A DNA stretch of 20,485 bases, taken from the UHGV virus genome UHGV-0139389; one strand, given 5' to 3'. Of the stretch, positions 1 to 8,763 are shown piece after piece. Within the stretch, counting starts at the first letter, position 1; every line of letters starts with the position of its first letter. Position numbers and translations under genes: made by a program. The DNA comes from a virus. Under the pieces are notes generated by a model, which was not told where the DNA came from, did no database searches, and saw only the letters and a list, made by a program, of their open reading frames with translations.

Positions 1-28
1 GTAAAGTCCTTAAACTAGGAGATTCAAA
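1..28 (+). repeat. Intergenic cassette copy, 3' part only (GTAAAGTCCTTAAACTAGGAGATTCAAA) truncated by window start
   Basis: Identical to 3' end of cassettes at 899-965, 1801-1862, 2399-2460; supplies AGGAG RBS for ATG at 29. Confidence 0.7.
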
Positions 29-571
29 ATGAAATGCTTTCACGGTACTACTCAAGAAAACTTTATCAACCTGATTAATAACGGTGATAAACCATCAGGT
101 GTATGGAATTGTTCGGATATGGACGGCAATTTTTACGTGTACCCAGAAAATAAACTCTATGGTGATGATGAGGAAGAGATAGCATCGGAAGGTATCCAGC
201 AAGCTCTAGGAAATGCCACTATCACGGCAGCTTTTCAGATGAAAACTCAAAATATTGTTATCTTAGAACTTGACATTCCAGAGGATGAGCTAAATGATGA
301 TTATTCTTGTGATAACATGTCAAATATAGCAAGCTTTACAGAGTACTTTGATGTAAATTGGATTAAAAAGGTCTATACAACAGAGTTCAACGCTATGTAT
401 TCACCTTTTTGTCTCCCTTCACTGGATAACCCAAATTTAAATTATCTTGATGAAACATTGGAGCTACTTGCTAAAAGTATCCAACAATCCGACAGTATTC
501 AGGTTTTTTGTGACATCATGGATACACTGACAGAAAACATTGTAGAGAGTGATTTAAAGGTCTTTTTCTAA
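29..571 (+). CDS. hypothetical protein, 180 aa, acidic
   Basis: ATG at 29 with AGGAG 6-10 nt upstream inside cassette; ORF-track ORF; no recognisable motif. Confidence 0.6.
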   Translation: MKCFHGTTQENFINLINNGDKPSGVWNCSDMDGNFYVYPENKLYGDDEEEIASEGIQQALGNATITAAFQMKTQNIVILELDIPEDELNDDYSCDNMSNIASFTEYFDVNWIKKVYTTEFNAMYSPFCLPSLDNPNLNYLDETLELLAKSIQQSDSIQVFCDIMDTLTENIVESDLKVFF

Positions 572-637
572 AAACCTATACATTCACCTTATAAACACTG
601 ATTAACCCCTTACAGGGGCTTTTAGAGGGCTTAAATC

Positions 638-871
638 ATGCTTACAACCATTTATCTCATCCTTTCCATTTGTAACGGCCATTCATGTGACTTTAAAGGG
701 CTTGAAGAGTTTACAGGAAGTAAAGAAAATGCTATTCAAGTTTGCCAGATAGCAAGACAAGACTACCCCGCCAGTGATGATATACAATGTTACTTTAAGA
801 CAGAAGATGACGAAGGAATCTATTTCGACAGTGTCGATGGTCAATATGAAATTATCATTGAAAAAGACTAG
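638..871 (+). CDS. hypothetical protein, 77 aa
   Basis: ATG at 638, AGAGGG 9 nt upstream; small hairpin CCCCT-TAC-AGGGG at 606-618 upstream. Confidence 0.5.
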   Translation: MLTTIYLILSICNGHSCDFKGLEEFTGSKENAIQVCQIARQDYPASDDIQCYFKTEDDEGIYFDSVDGQYEIIIEKD

Positions 872-898
872 ACAAGCCTGATAAAAGTCTGTAAATTA

Positions 899-965
899 TC
901 AATCAACGGGGAGGGAATGACCTTCCCCACTAAGTAAAGTCCTTAAACTAGGAGATTCCAAAAAA
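899..965 (+). repeat. Intergenic cassette: hairpin GGGGAGGG-AATGA-CCTTCCCC (908-928) + AGGAG + ATG
   Basis: Near-identical copies at 1801-1862, 2399-2460, 2731-2792; G-U containing 8-bp stem; upstream part AAAGTCTGTAAATT shared with copy at 2383. Confidence 0.85.
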
Positions 966-1214
966 ATGTATACTAAAACTCAACTAAAAAACATGGTTAG
1001 CAATGGCTTAATGGATGAAGTCTATAAAGAGTGTAGACGCTACGGGGAAATTAAGGATAAGACTAGTTATGAGTATACCCACACAATAGACTTTAAAACC
1101 AATGAGAAGAGGACTGACCTTGTTACTGTAGTAGTGATTGAGTATAAACGAATTATTTGGACCTTTGAGCTAGTAAAAGGTGAGTGCACAGAGATAGAAT
1201 ATAAAGACGCTTAA
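966..1214 (+). CDS. hypothetical protein, 82 aa
   Basis: ATG directly after cassette RBS. Confidence 0.55.
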   Translation: MYTKTQLKNMVSNGLMDEVYKECRRYGEIKDKTSYEYTHTIDFKTNEKRTDLVTVVVIEYKRIIWTFELVKGECTEIEYKDA

Positions 1215-1299
1215 AGTACTTTACATGGGGCTTATTAGTCTGTATAGTAAGCCCCAGATAAAGAGCTTTACCACTCAATCCTAAACTGGAGATTCTAAA

Positions 1300-1641
1300 A
1301 TGGCTTATGTAACCGTAATTACCGATAAAGCTGGCTCATCTTGGTCAACTCAAGTAAGTGATAAGATGTCACCTATGCAGTGCCTAAAATACTTTGAACA
1401 GTGGAACAAAGGCGAGGGTGTAAGCCCCTTTCAAGTGATGCAAATCATCCATACAGATAACGAAGGGAATAAAACGACCTTGAACAGTGAATACTACGCA
1501 AGCCGTTTTGAAACGAGAAGTAAAACAATGAAGCTTTTACGTGAATCCGGTTATGCACATATTGCCGCTTTAATCTGGGATGACCTGCTAAAAAGTCAGC
1601 GTATCAGCTATGTAAAGCCTGAAAAAATCTTCATAAGTTAA
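1300..1641 (+). CDS. hypothetical protein, 113 aa
   Basis: ATG at 1300 preceded by partial cassette CCTAAACTGGAGATTCTAAA (1279-1299) and hairpin GGGGCTTA...TAAGCCCC at 1226-1254. Confidence 0.55.
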   Translation: MAYVTVITDKAGSSWSTQVSDKMSPMQCLKYFEQWNKGEGVSPFQVMQIIHTDNEGNKTTLNSEYYASRFETRSKTMKLLRESGYAHIAALIWDDLLKSQRISYVKPEKIFIS

Positions 1642-1769
1642 TCAATAACTTACAAAAAACTTTTAAAAAAGTGTTGACAATACCCATTGACATTGGTAAC
1701 TTTGTTCGAGGGGGTTATCTAAAAGGGATTCACTTAATAGATTCTTTATAGATAAACTTAAAAAATTGC

Positions 1770-1798
1770 TTGCAAAGGCAAATCAAAACAAGTATAGT
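1770..1798 (+). promoter_or_regulatory. sigma70-like promoter TTGCAA-17 nt-TATAGT
   Basis: Counted spacing 17 nt; lies immediately upstream of cassette 1801-1862 so the hairpin would form the transcript 5' end. Confidence 0.4.
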
Positions 1799-1800
1799 AC

Positions 1801-1862
1801 TAATCAACGGGGAGGGAATGACCTTCCCCACTAAGTAAAGTCCTTAAACTAGGAGATTCAAA
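1801..1862 (+). repeat. Intergenic cassette copy (hairpin 1809-1829 + AGGAG + ATG)
   Basis: Sequence identity to other copies. Confidence 0.85.
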
Positions 1863-2393
1863 ATGAACAAGTTTCAAGCTATCAACTACATTCGCTCATC
1901 TAACGTTATGACTAAACCCGTTAAAGATACCTTCGAATTTCGTTGCAACGGTGTACACTTTGCAACTATCACTAAATCAGAAAACGGGGCTTATTATATA
2001 CATCGTCGTAATGTTTCTACTGTTGTAGTATCTCACTTTATGCAAGCTGTAGCAGAACTATTACCGCTATTATTAGGTATTTACTTAGATGAGTGTAAAA
2101 ACGTTCGCAACCACGTTAAAGACCTTTTAAATGGTTATAAAATGGCTTATGAACGTTCTATCAAGAATCTTAACAAGTTCTATAAAGCCCCTGAAAACAC
2201 CGTATCAATAGCTTATGATGTAAGCGGTGAAATGGTCAACCTCTCCAATGTAGAACAAATTGGCCTTTATGATTTACGTCCTAGCGGTTATTCTAAGACT
2301 CTCGGTGAAGGCTTATCCTTCAATATCAAGAACTTAGAAAAAACTTTAAAAGATATTGAAAAAGATATTGACGAGACAATCAAAAGTCTGTAA
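1863..2393 (+). CDS. hypothetical protein, 176 aa
   Basis: ATG after cassette RBS; stop TAA lies inside conserved cassette 5' part AGTCTGTAAATT. Confidence 0.6.
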   Translation: MNKFQAINYIRSSNVMTKPVKDTFEFRCNGVHFATITKSENGAYYIHRRNVSTVVVSHFMQAVAELLPLLLGIYLDECKNVRNHVKDLLNGYKMAYERSIKNLNKFYKAPENTVSIAYDVSGEMVNLSNVEQIGLYDLRPSGYSKTLGEGLSFNIKNLEKTLKDIEKDIDETIKSL

Positions 2394-2398
2394 ATTGT

Positions 2399-2460
2399 CA
2401 ATCAACGGGGAGGGATTAACCTTCCCACTAAGTAAAGTCCTTAAACTAGGAGATTCAAAA
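2399..2460 (+). repeat. Intergenic cassette copy (hairpin GGGGAGGG-ATTAA-CCTTCCC)
   Basis: Sequence identity to other copies; loop variant. Confidence 0.85.
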
Positions 2461-2724
2461 ATGGAACACGTAGAATTAACCACACTATTGCAGATTGCAA
2501 CTGACAAAGAAGACGTAGCGTTGTTTCACCGTATCGAAAGTGATTTGTTCAATGGTGAAATCATTAAAGAATCTTACGAAGTTGTCGGATTCAAAGATGG
2601 TAAAGCATTTGGCTTTTTTGACCTCGACAAAAGCAAAGCGGTTACAATGTACGATGTTCTATCTTGTGAAATTCTGACAAAATACAACGAAAAAAGGCTT
2701 GCAACCTACGCCAATATGCAGTAA
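2461..2724 (+). CDS. hypothetical protein, 87 aa (start trimmed from ORF-track 2356)
   Basis: ATG at 2461 sits at the canonical cassette position after AGGAG; the 2356 start would read through the cassette and overlap the upstream gene. Confidence 0.5.
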   Translation: MEHVELTTLLQIATDKEDVALFHRIESDLFNGEIIKESYEVVGFKDGKAFGFFDLDKSKAVTMYDVLSCEILTKYNEKRLATYANMQ

Positions 2725-2730
2725 ATTACT

Positions 2731-2792
2731 AAACAACGGGGAGGGAATGACCTTCCCCACTAAATAAAGTCCTAAACTGGAGATTCTAAATT
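2731..2792 (+). repeat. Intergenic cassette copy (hairpin 2738-2758, RBS variant CTGGAG)
   Basis: Sequence identity to other copies. Confidence 0.8.
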
Positions 2793-3041
2793 ATGTCAAC
2801 TATCCGCGTAACTGTTAATGCTTATGGCTGCCACCAACTTGATGCAAAATTCGATATCGGTGGAACAGATAACACCTTTGACCTTATCAAAATGCTGATT
2901 CAGCAGGTGATACCAGATTATAACCCTACTGATGACTTCTGGAAAGATGCCGTAAAAGAAGCCATAAACGAGGAATCTCACTACCATTATTGGGGTGACT
3001 TGATTGTCTCTCTGTACTACAGCAAACAAGGTTGCAACTAA
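2793..3041 (+). CDS. hypothetical protein, 82 aa
   Basis: ATG after cassette; last ORF of plus-strand array. Confidence 0.55.
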   Translation: MSTIRVTVNAYGCHQLDAKFDIGGTDNTFDLIKMLIQQVIPDYNPTDDFWKDAVKEAINEESHYHYWGDLIVSLYYSKQGCN

Positions 3042-3051
3042 TCGACGCAGC

Positions 3052-3104
3052 GGGGCTAAATAGCCCCAGATACCTGAAAAGCTCCTTCTCATAGGGGCTT
3101 TTTT
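3052..3104 (+). terminator. Putative terminator region: hairpin GGGGCT-AAAT-AGCCCC then GGGGC + T6
   Basis: GC stems followed by TTTTTT at 3099-3104, 11 nt after stop of 2793-3041. Confidence 0.4.
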
Positions 3105-3105
3105 A

Positions 3106-4620
3106 CGTCTATAAAGAGACTCTATACAATCCCTTTCCTTTCCTTCCCAGAATCTATCCCGTACCTTAAAAGCAATAACTCTATAGCTTACTCTATAGCC
3201 CCTTATCAAATCAACTTAAATATAAGCCCATAACCCGAAAGGGAAGGGCAACCATTTAAACGCTCTATAAAGCCCTATAACAGCCTTATCAACCTAACTT
3301 AAGCAATCATATTAACCCACTCTAAAAAGCCCTTTATAGAGCTTCCCAGAGCCTTAAAAGAATCTTATAAGGGTGTAAGCTTTATTATCTCGTTAGCTAT
3401 CTTGTGAACTACTAAAAAGGGCTTGATAGTCACTAAAAAGCATGTTATAGGGGCTATAAAGTTACTTTGAAGTAGCTTAAAAGTTACGTAAATGCTAGCC
3501 CCCTTAACATTTTCTTAACAATTTCTTAACAATCCCTACATAGTTATGCTTTTAAGGCACTTATTAGAGACTTGTTAGCCCCTTGTTAAATCTCTGTTAA
3601 GACCACGTAAAAGCCTTGTAAGAGTCTTTAGCATAGCCTTTAAAGCCTCTGTAAAGCCCTATAAAGAGGTGTCTGTATAGTTGGGGTGTAATTACTAGGA
3701 AGAGACTTAAAAGAGCTTACAAGGAGCTATAGAGAGCTTTTAAGAGGGCTATTTAGAGAATCACTAAGAGGGAAAGGGAACGATAAGAAAAGAGATAGTG
3801 ACCATGTTAATAGCTTGTTAAAAAGATTAAACACTTGTTAGGAACTTGTTAATTATCCCTACAAAATAACTCTTTAAAATTAACTTGTTAGCTCTTGTTA
3901 GTCATCTGTTAAGATTCTGTAAAGTCTATGTATCAACTGTTAAGAAACTGTTACATCCTTGTTAGTTCTGTTAAGAATCTGTTAAGACCTTTGGAGAGAT
4001 GTTAAGAGCTTGTGAGAACTGTTAAGAGATTGTTAAGGATATTTTAAAATTTTGCAAAGTACTTGTAAGGGAGTTGTTAAGGGCTACCAAGCAGATATAC
4101 ATCTTCTACAGATATTTTTGAGTTCCTTCAAAGACCCTAAAAAAATGACTTGATAGTCTTATTTTATAAAAATTTTAAAAATCTGAATAATTACCTAGAC
4201 AGTCTTTTAAAAATACAGGTAGAAACAGGCTTATAAGATACCTTGTTAGTACCGTGTTAGACCTTGTGAGATAAGGTCTGTGAAGATATTCCTGTTAAGT
4301 TTGTTAAAACAGTCTATATAGAGGCTTAGTAGTGCCTAGTGAACACCTATAGAGAGTCACATAGCTAACCTAGAGATTAAGAGGTGTATAGAGGCTTCTA
4401 AGAGCGTATAGAGAGATGGTTAAGGTGATTGTATAGGTTGTTAAGAAGGCTTGTTAGAAGAGTGTTTAGAGGGCTTATTAAAGGGCTAGTTAGAAGGCTT
4501 ATACAGGGGGGGGGGCTATTAAGACCACTAGATAGTTACTAAGATACTATATAGTACTATATAACTATATAGAGAGTAAGATTAAGAAGGTTGTTAAGAG
4601 GGATAGATATTTTGTTCACA
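3106..4620. repeat. ORF-free AT-rich region with dense degenerate short repeats ((C)TTGTTA(A/G)G, CTATAAAG, TATAGAG families)
   Basis: No ORF >=60 aa on the gene-bearing strands; CTGTTAAG / CTTGTTAG motif recurs repeatedly (e.g. 3575, 3592, 3885-3900, 3945-4025, 4245-4300, 4435-4455, 4590). Confidence 0.75.
4506..4515 (+). other. G10 homopolymer tract
   Basis: GGGGGGGGGG in otherwise AT-rich non-coding DNA. Confidence 0.9.
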
Positions 4621-4670
4621 TATGATGGTGACCCAGAGGTTGGGACAACCGATAAAATTTTATAAAAATT

Positions 4671-4693
4671 AAAAAGCCCCCAATTAAGGAGGC
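4671..4693 (-). terminator. Rho-independent terminator of minus-strand block
   Basis: Minus strand GCCTCC-TTAATT-GGGGGC followed by TTTTT, 13 nt downstream of stop at 4706. Confidence 0.5.
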
Positions 4694-4705
4694 TCTTAAG
4701 ATATT

Positions 4706-5254
4706 TTAAATCAGCGTTTCCAGAACTGTTTTCAATGATGACTTGGTTGTCTGATAAAAATGAGTAAATCCATTGTTATTATCGAATACCTGCATCATGA
4801 TATCATCTCCCTTGATTGGGTACACTCGGATATCATAGTGAAAACCATTAAAGACACAAGAACCACTACAGAATGCTCTAAAGTCATCCACTGAGATATA
4901 CTCTTCATGACCTGTGATTTTTATACAAACACCTTTACTCGGTCTCTTAGGGTTGATATCTTCCATCACAGACATACCCTGTCCACCAAGAGATACCATA
5001 GTGACCACTTTACGGTTCTTCTGTCTAAAGTACATCTTAACTTTCTGCAAAGTGTCTTCATAGAACGGATAAGACCTTTCTACAAAGATTCCTTCAAGTG
5101 GCTCTTTACCATTTTCAACTTCTCGGTTATGCCGTACTGCAAAGATAATTTGTTGGAACCAGTCAAAATTTTCTTCAGATAGTGCTTCCCGAACATCAGA
5201 CCAATCAAGGACTAGGTAGTTACCTTCAACTTCTTTTAAGTTATCTTTTTCCAT
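4706..5254 (-). CDS. hypothetical protein (182 aa from ATG; ORF-track TTG start at 5299 possible)
   Basis: ORF-track ORF begins with TTG and overlaps upstream gene by 32 nt; first ATG at 5254; start uncertain. Confidence 0.5.
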   Translation of the reverse strand: MEKDNLKEVEGNYLVLDWSDVREALSEENFDWFQQIIFAVRHNREVENGKEPLEGIFVERSYPFYEDTLQKVKMYFRQKNRKVVTMVSLGGQGMSVMEDINPKRPSKGVCIKITGHEEYISVDDFRAFCSGSCVFNGFHYDIRVYPIKGDDIMMQVFDNNNGFTHFYQTTKSSLKTVLETLI

Positions 5255-5267
5255 ATCTATCACACCA

Positions 5268-5732
5268 TTATCGTAAAACTTGGTAAGCTGGAACTGCAAA
5301 CTTGTTGTTGTTGTTCTTAATGAGGTCTTCTTCTGTTACTAAGAATGTAATCCCACATAAGTGTGTGTAGTGGCTATCATACTCAAATATTTTAAGTAAG
5401 TATTTACCATCGTGATAAACAGATTCTACTACACCTTTTGCAACAATCTTTCCAGTCTTGAAATCTTTAAGAGGGTATACGTTACCAACTTTAGGAACTG
5501 TTTTCATCTCAGGTTCTTTTAGCTTCTCACCAGCTTCTACATCACCTAGTAAGTGAGAACTCTCAAACGCTACATATTGCATATAAGCTTCTGAGCATTC
5601 CCAGATAAAACAATGTACAAGAACCTTAGCAGCATGTCTTGAGCAATTCAACTCATCACAGATTTCTTTGTACATTTCATCTTTAGTTGAATTGGTAAGC
5701 ATTGCTTTTCGAACTGTTTCTTTAATTTTCAT
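5268..5732 (-). CDS. hypothetical protein, 154 aa
   Basis: ATG at 5732; 11-nt overlap with upstream gene. Confidence 0.6.
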   Translation of the reverse strand: MKIKETVRKAMLTNSTKDEMYKEICDELNCSRHAAKVLVHCFIWECSEAYMQYVAFESSHLLGDVEAGEKLKEPEMKTVPKVGNVYPLKDFKTGKIVAKGVVESVYHDGKYLLKIFEYDSHYTHLCGITFLVTEEDLIKNNNNKFAVPAYQVLR

Positions 5733-6150
5733 AAGCTCTCCGAATAACCCTATTAAGCATCTCTAAAGTCAGCTTTCCAGATTCTAAATGTGGCATAATG
5801 AGCTTTAAAGCTTCTTCAACATCATGCACAACATCTATTATACCTTCTTCATAGGCTTCTACAAGGATATCTTTTACATTTTGTGATTTACCTTTTTGTG
5901 GTATCACTAGACGCATATCAAACTCATTTGCTTGAGGGTGGTCACTACCATGCCAGTAACCATCTTTGTTAAAGCTGATGTAGTCACCGTGGTAAAAGTG
6001 TACACCATTAGCTTTAAACTTCTCCAGCACAAGGCATTGAATTGGGTATTCAGTATTCCACTCCCTGACTCCTATAACCTTCACTGTTGCGATGTACTCC
6101 TGTGTTTTTACATCTATGATGTCAAGTTCTTGACCAGCTATGATTTGCAT
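5722..6150 (-). CDS. hypothetical protein, 142 aa
   Basis: ATG at 6150 with AGAAGG 8 nt upstream. Confidence 0.6.
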   Translation of the reverse strand: MQIIAGQELDIIDVKTQEYIATVKVIGVREWNTEYPIQCLVLEKFKANGVHFYHGDYISFNKDGYWHGSDHPQANEFDMRLVIPQKGKSQNVKDILVEAYEEGIIDVVHDVEEALKLIMPHLESGKLTLEMLNRVIRRAYEN

Positions 6151-6203
6151 ATTCGCTACCTTCTAAGTTCTACAAAGGGGCTATCAAGTAACCCCTCAAG
6201 TTA

Positions 6204-6428
6204 TTACTCAGACTTTTCAGTCTTCTTGTCGGATTTCTTACTAGTCTTCTTCTCAGCTTTCTGCTCAGGTTCCTTCTCAGAAGTTGCCTTGATAACCATA
6301 TCAAGAAGTTCTGATAAGTCACTCTTCAGAAGCGTTACAGGCTGCTCATTATAGAAGTTTTTGTCAAGATAGACTTTGAACTCTTCTATAGAAGGAAATC
6401 CAAAAATTGGTACAGGTGTCTTAATCAT
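6204..6428 (-). CDS. hypothetical protein, 74 aa, K/E-rich C-terminal tail
   Basis: ATG at 6428; low-complexity tail EKEPEQKAEKKTSKKSDKKTEKSE. Confidence 0.55.
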   Translation of the reverse strand: MIKTPVPIFGFPSIEEFKVYLDKNFYNEQPVTLLKSDLSELLDMVIKATSEKEPEQKAEKKTSKKSDKKTEKSE

Positions 6429-6523
6429 TACTTAGTCTCTCCATAGGCATCTTTTAAGATTGCCTTGTTAATCATTTCAGCGATTGCAAAACGAACACAT
6501 ACAGCTATAATTGTAGGTTGCAT
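6428..6523 (-). CDS. possible small hydrophobic peptide, 31 aa (MQPTIIAVCVRFAIAEMINKAILKDAYGETK)
   Basis: ATG at 6523; stop TAA overlaps downstream ATG as TAATG, the same coupling pattern used elsewhere in this block; fills the 6429-6504 gap. Confidence 0.25.
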   Translation of the reverse strand: MQPTIIAVCVRFAIAEMINKAILKDAYGETK

Positions 6524-7008
6524 TCTTTACTTACCTCTTCAAGTTTAACCTCAGAATCCTTGAGTCGTTTCTTATGAACTCTGAACCTTATTAGTGAGAT
6601 GATGATACCAGCTAAAGGAACAGCATACAAGTACCAGACATCATGTAGTTTTGATGTAATCTGTGTAATTGTCAAATCTTGAGCTATGCAGCTAATTGCT
6701 GATACTGCCAGTAACATTGCTAAGAAGAACGCCAGCACCATGACAACACTTAGGCAGCCTCTGGCATGGTGTTCATGCTTAATACACTTATTCTTTTCGT
6801 CAACAACCCTGTTGTAGTCGTTTGTAAAGTCTCTGTAGAAAGCTTTCAAGTATTCTTTATTGTAGCCTTCAAAGCAACCTGTACCGTACCAATAATCACC
6901 ACCAAAATGTGCTATGATACCAGTATCTCCGTTTGGTTTGGTTACTCTTAAAGAAGTATGATGACGAGTATCCTGATAATCTATCTTATATCTCTCTTCA
7001 AAAATCAT
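6505..7008 (-). CDS. membrane protein, 167 aa, two predicted TM helices (start trimmed from 7038)
   Basis: ATG at 7008 has GAGAGGGG RBS and forms ATGA overlap with upstream stop; hydrophobic segments VVMVLAFFLAMLLAVSAISCIA and YLYAVPLAGIIISLI. Confidence 0.6.
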   Translation of the reverse strand: MIFEERYKIDYQDTRHHTSLRVTKPNGDTGIIAHFGGDYWYGTGCFEGYNKEYLKAFYRDFTNDYNRVVDEKNKCIKHEHHARGCLSVVMVLAFFLAMLLAVSAISCIAQDLTITQITSKLHDVWYLYAVPLAGIIISLIRFRVHKKRLKDSEVKLEEVSKECNLQL

Positions 7009-7223
7009 TTTACAACCCCTCTCAATCGTTTGTTCCATTCAAGGTCAACAAATCTTTGCAGGACTTTCCCTCTAGGTGTTACACCTTTTAAATCTGCATC
7101 GTAACAATGGTAAAAGTCACCTTCAGCATGTTTACCATAGCATTTTCTGATATTCTGGCTTCTGCGATACTGTTCTAACAAGGACAGTTTGTAGTAATCT
7201 TCAACTGTAGTTAGTTTTTTCAT
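7005..7223 (-). CDS. hypothetical protein, 72 aa
   Basis: ATGA overlap with upstream gene. Confidence 0.55.
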   Translation of the reverse strand: MKKLTTVEDYYKLSLLEQYRRSQNIRKCYGKHAEGDFYHCYDADLKGVTPRGKVLQRFVDLEWNKRLRGVVK

Positions 7224-7765
7224 TCTTTCACCATAGCATTTCTGAACTGACGTTGTGTTTCTCTTGTAATTTCGTTTGGAGTAAACCCTGCTTTCAGCAT
7301 ATCTCTGAAAAGAACTTCTAAATGGTTCCTCTCAATGATGTAAATGGCATTCTGAATAGCTGTTTTGCGCTCCTTCAGGTCACTACTAATCTCTTCGCAC
7401 TTACTGGTAAGTTCTGTGTCAGTTTTCTTATAGACTGGCATAACATGTGCGTAGCAACCTTTATTAGTCTCCATGAAAAATTTAAAAGATTCTTCAGAGT
7501 CCTTTAGAGCAATCCCTATAAAGTTCTTGTAAGCACCTGTGAAAGATAAGGACTCAATCTCAGCAGTTGAGTATACAGTCCCTGCACACAGCCTTGCAGA
7601 AGTACTAAATGTGTGGTTTGGTGTCATGTCAAAATCTAAGTTCTTCAGTGGCCTGAAATAAACAATACCGTTGTGTGAGATATGTGTTACAACAGCCTCA
7701 ACACTCTTTGACGGATTCTGTTTAACGTACAAAATTATTTTATCTTTTTCTTTCACTGTAGCCAT
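7220..7765 (-). CDS. hypothetical protein, 181 aa
   Basis: ATG at 7765 preceded by GGAG. Confidence 0.6.
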   Translation of the reverse strand: MATVKEKDKIILYVKQNPSKSVEAVVTHISHNGIVYFRPLKNLDFDMTPNHTFSTSARLCAGTVYSTAEIESLSFTGAYKNFIGIALKDSEESFKFFMETNKGCYAHVMPVYKKTDTELTSKCEEISSDLKERKTAIQNAIYIIERNHLEVLFRDMLKAGFTPNEITRETQRQFRNAMVKE

Positions 7766-7783
7766 ATCTATTCTCCAGAAACT

Positions 7784-7812
7784 AAAAAGGGAACTACCTC
7801 TCGATAGCTCCC
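7784..7812 (-). terminator. Intergenic hairpin + T5 (terminator or attenuator)
   Basis: Minus strand GGGAGC-12 nt loop-GTTCCC followed by TTTTT, between genes 7838-8419 and 7220-7765. Confidence 0.4.
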
Positions 7813-7837
7813 ATCATAATTAATGTTGTATACTCAG

Positions 7838-8419
7838 TCAAGAGTATTTTTTAGGCAGTAATGCACTACGCTTGTTACTTTCCTCACTCAGTAGTGCGAT
7901 AAATTCATCACCTTTGCCTTTCCACGGGCTAAATGTAGGGATGTGTTCTCTGATAGCCTCAATCACTGTCTTCAGTGCGTTATTCTTTAACCACCAATCA
8001 GATACTGCCGCTGCTACAACATAGTAAGCACCATCATCTGTGAAGATTGGCTCAGAGATACATGGTGAAATCATGGTAGTGATGATTGAGCCATTATTCA
8101 TGTAATATGTTCTTTTTTCAACCTTATCAAGAAGCTTATGTAGGTCTGCAAAGAGACTCACAACCTCTTTATGGTCAATATCTTTTTCAAGATTTGCTCT
8201 GTATTTCAGTAGTGCAGCATCAACCTCTTTATCATTGAATTTGAAGTATTGAACTTCTTCATTCACACATACACTGATATTGTTAGTGTTTATCGTCAAT
8301 TTGCACAGTTTGACTGGAGAGTTGATGTTGGTCTGAAAAAGTGCTACACAGCCTTCTACATTTCCGAAATGTTTTACTAATGTAACTTCTGGTTGGATGT
8401 GTTCATGCTCTTCTGACAT
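7838..8419 (-). CDS. hypothetical protein, 193 aa
   Basis: ATG at 8419; TAATG overlap with upstream gene. Confidence 0.6.
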   Translation of the reverse strand: MSEEHEHIQPEVTLVKHFGNVEGCVALFQTNINSPVKLCKLTINTNNISVCVNEEVQYFKFNDKEVDAALLKYRANLEKDIDHKEVVSLFADLHKLLDKVEKRTYYMNNGSIITTMISPCISEPIFTDDGAYYVVAAAVSDWWLKNNALKTVIEAIREHIPTFSPWKGKGDEFIALLSEESNKRSALLPKKYS

Positions 8420-8763
8420 TATAGTTTCCTCATTAAATACTTTTTAAGTTGTGTGTTAGGTTTCTCAAAAACTTCTATAGAAGATATCTTGACAGACTCA
8501 CCACGCATACCTGTATGTTTAAATATGTAATACTCTAACATCCCTATGTACTTTGCTGGTAAGTCATGTTTGACATACACTGTTACAGAATCTTCAAATT
8601 CAACAACCTTTGTACCATCCTTGTAGTTAAACTCTCTAGGGTGGTTGTAGTTATCAATGTCATACATTAAAAAGAGTCTTTTCCGTTGCATGTCAAGCTT
8701 ATTGGTTAAAGACTCTTTGATATCTGAGAAGTTTTTGTACACTACTACATGGAGCTTACTCAT
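8419..8763 (-). CDS. hypothetical protein, 114 aa
   Basis: ATG at 8763. Confidence 0.6.
   Translation of the reverse strand: MSKLHVVVYKNFSDIKESLTNKLDMQRKRLFLMYDIDNYNHPREFNYKDGTKVVEFEDSVTVYVKHDLPAKYIGMLEYYIFKHTGMRGESVKISSIEVFEKPNTQLKKYLMRKL

Noticed and set aside
2356-2460. N-terminal extension of ORF 2356-2724
   Set aside because: Would read through the intergenic cassette hairpin and overlap the upstream gene in another frame; ATG at 2461 sits at the canonical cassette position.
1-2792. CRISPR array
   Set aside because: Repeats are ~60 nt with irregular 300-900 bp spacing and each intervening segment is an ORF with RBS; this is an intergenic regulatory cassette, not a CRISPR array.
2796-3209. 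137-aa minus-strand ORF
   Set aside because: Antisense to the 2793-3041 gene and runs into the repeat-rich non-coding region; no RBS; likely a shadow ORF.
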